Positions 55,235 to 64,000 of a DNA stretch of 64,000 nt are shown here, piece after piece. The translations under genes were made by a program, and so were the position numbers. How positions within the stretch are numbered: position 1 is the stretch's first letter; every line of letters begins with the position of its first letter. Below the pieces are notes generated by a model. It made no database searches. It saw only the letters and a program-made list of their open reading frames with translations, and was not told the origin of the DNA. The DNA is taken from assembly GCA_002269645.1 (NCBI GenBank), contig NIVC01000010.1, positions 2,232,001 to 2,296,000 of the forward strand. The letters run 5' to 3'. Source of the DNA: Macrostomum lignano (lineage: Eukaryota).

Positions 55235-57044
55235 GCTGACTAAGAACAACTAATCTAAAACCGTGTTTTCAACTGTGAAAAAATTTCATAGTGATGATAG
55301 TAATTAAGGCTCCGACTGCACTTCGTTTACTTTTTATTGTTGGACGGGCATTCGACGATCAACTTGAATTTTAAGAATTAGTTTTCGCGAGTTGTTAAAA
55401 CAAAACTTTACCTAAAATACTAGCTAGTGACATCGAAAGTGTTTTATACTGTCATTGAAAAAAAATTAAACCCTTGCTGCTCTAAAAGTTTTAATGTAAT
55501 TATCGTCACTAGATTATTTTTTAAATGTAGAACGTGCTGCTTTCTCAACGTTTTATACAATTCACGTACATGAACAGCTAACTGAGCTGAGTGACTTTAA
55601 TGCTTGATTTTTCTAGCACCATCATTTTTTATTGAAGTGCGTCTGCGCATTTGCTTATTTCAGCCTTTTGATATTAACTAAGCCTAGAATTGTGTTTATA
55701 GCAATTTATTAAGGATTTCTAGGCGTGTAGAGTCGTAAACCTATCCACTACCACTAGGCCTGCCGCCTATGGCACTATGATCTATCCTGTCTATCCAGAA
55801 CGTTTTTATTCAGGTATAGGCCTATTCGTAGACATCTAATCTGTAGGCACTAGGCCCTATAACTAGGTCACTGGTCAGATCGTCATATTCCATTTCGTCA
55901 TATTGGATGATGAAGTGACCAGAAGCAAAGTAGGCCTAGCTTTGAAAAATAATATGACGAAGTGACCAAATATTTAGTTATGCTGGATTACGAACTAACC
56001 TTAGTCGAGGTGAGCACCACAGACACCCCAGATGATGAAATGGCAGATGACAAAATGACTAGGATTGACTAGGAACCCTATAACTATACTAAAGTAAAAA
56101 AAATTGCCTGTTTTACCCCACGGGCCCACTTTTATTATATGGCACTGGCTGGCAGATGTATTTACACAATTACCAAACTTGTGTACAAACCAAAGGTTTA
56201 CAATTGCAAATTTAATTATTAGGCCTATTATTATTATTATCATTATCAATCAATGAAATAACTAAGAGTAAGACTGTATAAGTTTAAATTTATAAATTCT
56301 TTATTCCCTTTAGCCTAGGCCTAATATTAATAATATACCTATATATTTATTTTCCTAGGCCTATATTGTTTTTGATTTTATTGCCATTCTTATTATTAAG
56401 CCTAATTATATAGGCCCTAGCCTAGCCTAGTTGGCCAATCCTAGGATTCAATCCCAAGATTAGAAAAATACAGATTTTTAAGCTTCTAGGTTGAAATTTT
56501 AAGGCAAAATATATGCTAAACATTTTTGTTTCCACTTTTCATTTTTATAGAGATAATGATCTATTTGTGGATAAAAACAGCATTATCTTGTGACAGATTT
56601 AAGTAAGTAGTATAAAAGTATTAATTAGTAGTAAAGAAGCAAATCATATATCAAAATTTATATTATAGAATAAATTTCACATTTAAATCTGTGATGCAAG
56701 GTTTAGAAAGGCACCACGTGACATGAGGCAATCAACAAAAATTAGTGCAATATAATAAACTAGTTGTGGGCCCAATTATGTTCATATTGCATCATTGTAT
56801 CATACACATGTTCATATTGCATCATGCATACATCCATACATGCGCAACTGCTGGCCGACCTGGCCGATCCGGCCACCGTAAATCGTGGCTGACCAGGGGT
56901 AAGTCGCAAAATTGAGTCAACCAAAAACAGAAAAACACAAGAACCAAGAAAGGCAAGAGGAAAGCGAAAGAAAGAGCAGTTCAGGGAAAATCGTGAAGCA
57001 AAAGAAAAACAATTCGCAAAAGAAGCAAACTAAGTTGTAAAAAT

Positions 57045-57490
57045 AATCAGGTAAGTCGCAAAAAGGATCAGGTAAGTCGCAAAAGAAGCAAACTATGTCG
57101 CAAAAAGGATCAGGTAAGTCGCAAAAGGGTTAGGTAAGTCGCAAAAAGGATTAGGTAAGTCCCAAAAAGCATTAGGTAAGTCGCAAAAAGGATTAGGTAA
57201 GTCCCAAAAAGCATTAGGTAAGTCGCAAAAAGGGTTAGGTAAGTCGCAAAAGGATTAAGTAAGTCGCAAAAGGATTAAGTAAGTCGCAAAAGGATCAGCT
57301 AAGTCGCAAAAGGATTAAGTAAGTCGCAAAAGGATCAGCTAAGTCGCAAAAGGGTTAGGTAAGTCGCAAAAGGATTAGGTAAGTCGCAAAAGGATTAGGT
57401 AAGTCGCAAAAAGGATTAAGTAAGTCGCAAAAGGATTAGGTAAGTCGCAAAAAGGATTAGGTAAGTCGCAAAAAGAAGCAACTAAGTCGC
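57045..57490. repeat. ~20-21 bp minisatellite (TAGGTAAGTCGCAAAAGGAT) inside the hAT element
   Basis: Direct observation; the core TAAGTCGCA also occurs singly near both element ends. Confidence 0.92.
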
Positions 57491-57650
57491 AATAAGAGGG
57501 AAGTAAGTCACAATCAGAGGCAATCAGGGGGTAGTAGGTGCAAGTGTGGCAGGAGAGCAAAACCAGAATATAAGCCTTCAACAACAGACAAGATCTTTGA
57601 AATCAGAAGCCCGCGTCAACAGTTTCCCATTGATTTCTTAAACTCTGGAG

Positions 57651-57710
57651 CAGGGGTCGGCAAACTCCGGCTCGCGAAGCCCCTCTATCTGGCCCTCGCC
57701 CCTCGGGTTC
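57651..57710 (+). mobile_element. Solo left end of a Charlie-like hAT element nested in the larger hAT
   Basis: CAGGGGTCGGCAAACTCCGGCTCGCG preceded by CTCTGGAG, resembling Charlie-type TIRs and NTCTAGAN targets; no matching right end found. Confidence 0.45.
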
Positions 57711-57754
57711 TTTGAAACTTCCTAACTACGAGTAGCAAGGTTGGTGTCTCTTCA

Positions 57755-58320
57755 ACTCTCATCTCTCTCTTCTTCTCTACCTTGCCTCCCCTCTTCTCTC
57801 TCTCCCCCCTTTTCCCTCTTCTCTCTCCTCTCATTTTTACTCTCCTCTCTTCTCCCCCTTTCTCTCTACCCTTTCTCCTCAATGCCCTCTTCTCTCCTCT
57901 TATCTTCAGCAAAAATATGTGCATATTTTCTTGCTTCAAAGTAGAGGGAATAGAAGATTAGAGATAAGCAAACAGAGGAGAGGCGAGCGATGCGATGGGA
58001 GAAAAGATAGAAGAGGAGAGAAAAGCTGAGGGAGGAAAAAGAGATGAGAGAGAAGAGGAGATGAGAGGAAAGAGGAAAGAAAAGATGATGGATGAGATCA
58101 GAAGAGAGGAAAGAGGAGAGAGTAGATGAGAGAAGAGAGGATAAAGAGGAAATGAGAGGAGAGTGAAGAGAGGAGAGATAAGATGAGAGAGTGGAGAGAG
58201 ACGAGAGGGAAGATAAGAATGTAGAGAGGACACAGAAGAGATATGAGAGGAGAGGAAAGAGAGAAGGGATAAGGGATGAGAGAGAAAAGAAAAAGAGGAT
58301 GAGAAGATTGAGGAATGGAG
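57755..58320. repeat. Pyrimidine-rich tract (57755-57905) followed by a purine-rich tract (57950-58320)
   Basis: Direct observation of CT then GA low complexity. Confidence 0.85.
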
Positions 58321-60383
58321 AGAATTTGCAAAGGCCTCAAATCTTAGTTTAACATGCATTACTCCCATCTTTGCCTTTTTCCTAACTGTTAACAAGTTTT
58401 TGTTTGAGCATGACTTCAAATTTAGAATCTATGCCAAAATAGTTCCGGGAATTAGAATTCAGTGGTTTAAAAATCTGTGGGTTTTCACAGCTTGTATCTC
58501 TACTGGATTCGTATTCTGCATCTGATGAGCCATCTGAATCAGGGCTCTCATCTTCCATGCCAAATCGTCTAGCAAATCGTTCTTGAGCTATAGGTCACAC
58601 TGTATTCTCTTCACTTACTTCTGGACATTCATGAATCATGACTTTTGTAGTATGCTCACTACACTGTACTGACAATTTACTAATTGCTTCATGCCGCCAC
58701 TAGATGACATACTGATTAGCTGTTATAAAAACGCAAAATCTGCACACAGCACTAATTAGCTGGCGAGGCATTTAGCTTTAAAAAATGGTCATAGTTACTC
58801 CTGCCATTTACTTAAAGTTTTTGCTTGGCTCTTTCATAGGTAAGTCACATTTTTTATCGAAAACTAAGTCGCACGGCCAGCGTAATTTCAGAAGTTGCGC
58901 ATGTATGCATACATCTATTTCCTACTATTTAAGAAAATGACTAAATAAATGAAAAAGCTGCTTTTAATAACATGTCCTAGAATTGTGACAAGCTGTTATG
59001 ACTCAGTTACAAATTGAATATAGTCTGTTATCTTAGTAGACATACTTTGTTACTAAAATAGATATGCTTATTATTATTACCAAAGCAGCATATGTCTATT
59101 ACTAAAGTAGGCTATCCTTTATATCTATTTCTTTCTATAAAATAGGTACCAACTATATTCCCATAGCTATTTAAGATATTAATCAAGGCCTAAAATTGAA
59201 ATTGAACTTGGTCTATGAAAGTAAAACTTCTAGACTATATTCCTATGTGATATAAATTAAAGCCTAAAATTGAAATTAAACTAGGCCTCTAAAAGTAAAA
59301 CTCCTAAACAAAAGATAGGTTTAGGGCATATGCCTAATCAAGGATTCAGAGATGTTAACTTTTGCTAAGCCTAATGAAACAATCAGTTAAATAAAATAAA
59401 CATTTATAAGTTTTCTTAAAATGATTTATAGAGATAATTAAAGACTTTATAGCTTCTATCTTAAAAAATAAAAATTTAAATCTGATTCAGTTATAAATTA
59501 TCTATAATTCTAAATATAAGAAATTTTTTATATAAGATAAACTTAACTATAAATAATACGGCTAGTTTGTTATTTTTATTTAATATATTAGATCTCATAG
59601 TAAAAAAGTGGCCTTGGCTTTACTATAAATTTTCTTCTATATATTTTTGTTGTTTTATGGTTTAGGATATAGAAGCAGCATATATTAGATCATCTAAAAA
59701 TGTTTTGGTACAAATTGTGCCACCTTGACTATAGGTTAGTTAGAAATTTATATGAAATTAAATTTATTTTCAAAGTCTTTTATGTGCCTTTAACATGATA
59801 TATACATGTTTAACATGGTTAATATGAGACAAGTAATGTTATAATATATTGTGGTGGCCAGACTATACGCAACTAGCAGCACCAGTGCAGCTGCACTGGA
59901 AACCCCCCAACCTCTGTCTAGCTGAGGTGGGGTGGGTGCACACCAAGCTAGCAGCCAGCTTGCTAAGCCAGGGGGGGTAGGTGTAGCCTATCATGCCATG
60001 CTACCTTTTTGCACCTTCCTAGGCCCCCCAATCTTGCGCTGTTTGTAATTATATAAATACACATGCAGAACAGCACAAACTCTTCACTGCCATTCCATCT
60101 ATTGAAAGAAAAAGGCCTTCCACCTCAATATCAACATTGATTTTGTATCTTAGATTTCAGCCCTATATTTTTTCAAAGCTTTTTTCACAGTTTGCTATTT
60201 TTTGCTCTAGAGCAAAGGCTCAGCAGTGTAAATGGTAGGGTTGAGATATTAATATTGTATTTGATTTTGATCTTTTTGACTGATGGCCGCTGGTATTATA
60301 GTTTTCAATGATTCGCTGGCCTATAGAAACTAATTTGCAACATTTCAGTCATACATTAATAAACAAATTTAAAGCAAAATTAA

Positions 60384-60836
60384 ATGTCAACTCACAAATA
60401 TCCGTCATTGTCCGCTGATAGCCTTGTTCAACACTTGAACACCTATCTTGGCACAGAAATAGTTGATGAGCATGAGTTGCTGTCAACGGAGACAACTCAG
60501 CAGGTGTTTGTTATGTTGGTGTACCGATTAACTGGCATCAGTGTGTCATCCGAAGATCAGGAGCAGCAATCGCCTGGTGGCTATGCACCGCCTTCCAATC
60601 AAGATAAACAAGTTGCTCTACTGTCCTTTGCTTTGCCCAGCTTGTTGAAGGCTGCCCACGTGAACTGTCCTATAACAATATCTGACATCTGCAGTCAGCT
60701 GGCTCCCGATCGAACTAAGCGCCTGCTTGATGTGCTCAGCGGACTGGTTAATTTGCTCGTTTATTATCAGAAGTGTACCAAAACTAAGCTGGACAAGGTG
60801 AATTCGGAAATTCAAGCTTTGACTGATCGAGAAAAG
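60384..60836 (+). CDS. NUF2: Kinetochore protein Nuf2 homologue, first coding exon (calponin-homology domain)
   Basis: MSTHKYPSLSADSLVQHL... and ITISDICSQLAPDRTKRLLDVLSGLVNLLVYY resemble the Nuf2 N-terminus (FP.....IV.H; D...P...RT.R.LSG.INF..F). Donor AAG|GTAG at 60836/60837 (151 codons); the rest of the gene lies beyond the satellite or window. Confidence 0.75.
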
Positions 60837-61721
60837 GTAGAGTTTATGAATGTTATAAATATTTAACTATAATATATTGTAGTCAATGAGTTCCAGCAGT
60901 TTTGAGTTAAAATGGGTTTGAGTTCCAGCTGGTTTGAGTTCCAACTGGTTCTATGGTTTGAGTTCCAGCTGGTTTAAGTTCCAGTTGGTTTGAGCTTCAG
61001 TTAGTTTGAGTTCCAGCTGGTTTGAGTTAAAATGGGTTTGAGTTCCAGCTGGTTTGAGTCCCAGCTGGTTTGAGTTCCAGCTGGTTTGAGTTCCAGCTGG
61101 TTTGAGTTCCAACTGGTTTGAGTTCCAGCTGGTTTGAGTTCCGACTGGTTTGAGTTCCAACTGGTTTGAGTTCCAGCTGGTTTGAGTTCCAGCTAGTTTG
61201 ATTTCCAACTGGTTTGAGTTCCAGCTGGTTTAAGTTCCAGTTGGTTTGAGCTTCAGTTAGTTTGAGTTCCAGCTGGTTTGAGTTAAAATGGGTTTGAGTT
61301 CCAGCTGGTTTGAGTCCCAGCTGGTTTGAGTTCCAGCTGGTTTGAGTTCCAGCTGGTTTGAGTTCCAGCTGGTTTGAGTTCCGACTGGTTTGAGTTCCAG
61401 CTGGTTTGAGTTCCAGCTAGTTTGATTTCCAGCTGGTTTGAGTTCCGACTGGTTTGAATTCCAGCTGGTTTGAGTTCCGACTGGTTTGAGTTCCAGCTGG
61501 TTTGAGTTAAAATGGATTTGAGTTCCAGCTGGTTTCAGTCCCAGCTGGTTTGAGTTCCAGCTGGTTTGAGTCCCAGCTGGTTTGAGTTCCAGCTGGTTTG
61601 AGTCCCAGCTGGTTTGAGTCCTAGCTGGTTTGAGTTCCAGCTGGTTTAAGTTCCAGTTGGTTTGAGCTCCAGTTAGTTTGAGTTCCAGCTGGTTTGAGTT
61701 AAAATGGGTTTGAGTTCCAGC

Positions 61722-62006
61722 CATACATGCGCAACTTTGGGAATCACCCGGCCGTTTCTATTGGCAACACACACATGCACGTCGCTATTGGCTGAGAGCA
61801 GTCACAGGCTATCCTGTAGTTTCGCACGTTAAATTATTTTACGGAATTATTTCGCCCTCTATTCAAGGGTGGTGGGGGTGGGGGTTATAATTAAACGTGC
61901 GAAACTACAGGATAGCCATTGACTGCTATTCCGTCCAATAGCGACTTACATGTGTGTGTTGCCAATAGAAACGGCCGAGTGAATCCCAAGGTTGCGCCCA
62001 AGCATG
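61722..62006. mobile_element. Fold-back MITE (285 bp), hAT-type, copy 1
   Basis: Arms of about 116-120 bp (61722-61837 / 61887-62006) are imperfect reverse complements; 8-bp TSD GTTCCAGC (61714-61721, 62007-62014); left end CATACATGCGCAACT is identical to the TIR at 56835. Confidence 0.92.
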
Positions 62007-63230
62007 GTTCCAGCTGGTTTGAGTTCCGACTGGTTTGAATTCCAGCTGGTTTGAGTTCCGACTGGTTTGAATTCCAGCTGGTTTGAGTTCCGACTGGTTT
62101 GAATTCCAGCTGGTTTGAGTTCCGACTGGTTTGAATTCCAGTTGGTTTGAGTTCCGACTGGTTTGAATTCCAGCTGGTTTGAGTTCCGACTGGTTTGAGT
62201 TCCAGCTGGTTTGAGTTAAAATGGATTTGAGTTCCAGCTGGTTTGAGTCCCAGCTGGTTTGAGTTCCAGCTGGTTTGAGTTCCGACTGGTTTGAATTCCA
62301 GCTGGTTTGAGTTCCGACTGGTTTGAGTTCCAGCTGGTTTGAGTTAAAATGGATTTGAGTTCCAGCTGGTTTGAGTCCCAGCTGGTTTGAGTTCCAGCTG
62401 GTTTGAGTTCCAACTGGTTTGAGTTCCTGCTGGTTTGAGTTCCAGCTGGTTTGAGTTCCGACTGGTTTGAGTTCCAACTGGTTTGAGTTCCAGCTGGTTT
62501 GAGTTCCGACTGGTTTGAGTTCCAACTGGTTTGAGTTCCAGCTGGTTTGAGTTCCAGCTAGTTTGATTTCCAACTGGTTTGAGTTCCAGCTGGTTTAAGT
62601 TCCAGTTGGTTTGAGCTTCAGTTAGTTTGAGTTCCAGCTGGTTTGAGTTAAAATGGGTTTGAGTTCCAGCTGGTTTGAGTTCCAGCTGGTTTGAGTTCCA
62701 GCTGGTTTGAGTTCCAGCTGGTTTGAGTTCCGACTGGTTTGAGTTCCAGCTGGTTTGAGTTCCAGCTAGTTTGATTTCCAGCTGGTTTGAGTTCCGACTG
62801 GTTTGAATTCCAGCTGGTTTGAGTTCCGACTGGTTTGAGTTCCAGCTGGTTTGAGTTAAAATGGATTTGAGTTCCAGCTGGTTTCAGTCCCAGCTGGTTT
62901 GAGTTCCAGCTGGTTTGAGTCCCAGCTGGTTTGAGTTCCAGCTGGTTTGAGTCCCAGCTGGTTTGAGTCCTAGCTGGTTTGAGTTCCAGCTGGTTTAAGT
63001 TCCAGTTGGTTTGAGCTCCAGTTAGTTTGAGTTCCAGCTGGTTTGAGTTAAAATGGGTTTGAGTTCCAGCTGGTTTAAGTTCCAGTTGGTTTGAGCTCCA
63101 GTTAGTTTGAGTTCCAGCTGGTTTGAGTTAAAATGGGTTTGAGTTCCAGCTGGTTTAAGTTCCAGTTGGTTTGAGCTCCAGTTAGTTTGAGTTCCAGCTG
63201 GTTTGAGTTAAAATGGGTTTGAGTTCCAGC

Positions 63231-63516
63231 CATACATGCGCAACTTTGGGAATCACCCGGCCGTTTCTATTGGCAACACACACATGCACGTCGCTATTGG
63301 CTGAGAGCAGTCACAGGCTATCCTGTAGTTTCGCACGTTAAATTATTTTACGAAATTATTTCGCCCTCTATTCAAGGGTGGTGGGGGGTGGGGGTTATAA
63401 TTAAACGTGCAAAACTACAGGATAGCCATTGACTGCTATTCCGTCCAATAGCGACTTACATGTGTGTGTTGCCAATAGAAACGGCCGAGTGAATCCCAAG
63501 GTTGCGCCCAAGCATG
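63231..63516. mobile_element. Fold-back MITE (286 bp), copy 2
   Basis: Nearly identical to copy 1 (I see two substitutions and one extra G); same TSD GTTCCAGC (63223-63230, 63517-63524) and same flanks. Confidence 0.92.
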
Positions 63517-64000
63517 GTTCCAGCTGGTTTGAGTTCCGACTGGTTTGAATTCCAGCTGGTTTGAGTTCCGACTGGTTTGAATTCCAGCTGGTTTGAGTTC
63601 CGACTGGTTTGAATTCCAGCTGGTTTGAGTTCCGACTGGTTTGAATTCCAGTTGGTTTGAGTTCCGACTGGTTTGAATTCCAGCTGGTTTGAGTTCCGAC
63701 TGGTTTGAGTTCCAGCTGGTTTGAGTTAAAATGGATTTGAGTTCCAGCTGGTTTGAGTCCCAGCTGGTTTGAGTTCCAGCTGGTTTGAGTTCCGACTGGT
63801 TTGAATTCCAGCTGGTTTGAGTTCCGACTGGTTTGAGTTCCAGCTGGTTTGAGTTAAAATGGATTTGAGTTCCAGCTGGTTTGAGTCCCAGCTGGTTTGA
63901 GTTCCAGCTGGTTTGAGTTCCAACTGGTTTGAGTTCCTGCTGGTTTGAGTTCCAGCTGGTTTGAGTTCCGACTGGTTTGAGTTCCAACTGGTTTGAGTTC

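Larger units (their letters stand above)
56835..58907. mobile_element. Non-autonomous hAT-superfamily DNA transposon, 2073 bp
   Basis: Perfect 15-bp TIRs CATACATGCGCAACT (56835-56849) and AGTTGCGCATGTATG (58893-58907); 8-bp TSD CATACATC at 56827-56834 and 58908-58915; no transposase ORF inside. Confidence 0.9.
60887..64000. repeat. 16-bp satellite (GAGTTCCAGCTGGTTT) with higher-order structure, running off the window
   Basis: Direct observation; interrupted twice by the same MITE. Confidence 0.98.

Noticed and set aside
58400-58640. Short acidic minus-strand ORF inside the hAT element (MEDESPDSDGSSDAEY...) as a transposase remnant
   Set aside because: Under 70 codons with no BED finger, DDE or hAT dimerisation motif.

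Overview
Eukaryotic (animal) genomic DNA. Spliceosomal GT-AG introns, GC-rich exons in AT-rich surroundings, and a tandem-repeat load of roughly one third of the window (hand sum) suggest a free-living flatworm such as Macrostomum; the taxon is an inference. Genes reconstructed by hand with phase-consistent splice sites: a tubby/TULP-family gene (minus, 7 exons, 614 aa), an M1 aminopeptidase N-like type II membrane protein (minus, 18 exons, 1004 aa), a divergent tropomyosin (plus, 2 exons), the first exon of a NUF2 homologue, a small secreted protein, an intronless two-TM protein with PPxY motifs, and two orphan genes. Mobile DNA: a recent 5'-truncated LOA-like non-LTR retrotransposon (APE-RT-RNase H, TAATG-coupled ORFs, 15-bp TSD) inserted in a minisatellite, a second LOA-like fragment, a 2.07-kb non-autonomous hAT element (15-bp TIR, 8-bp TSD), a related fold-back MITE present twice inside a 16-bp satellite, and a decayed tRNA-derived SINE. 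About 30 distinct micro/minisatellite arrays fill most larger introns. The most interesting theme is two-way coupling between transposons and minisatellites: elements insert into arrays, and elements carry or seed arrays. No CRISPR array, rRNA or intact tRNA gene was found.
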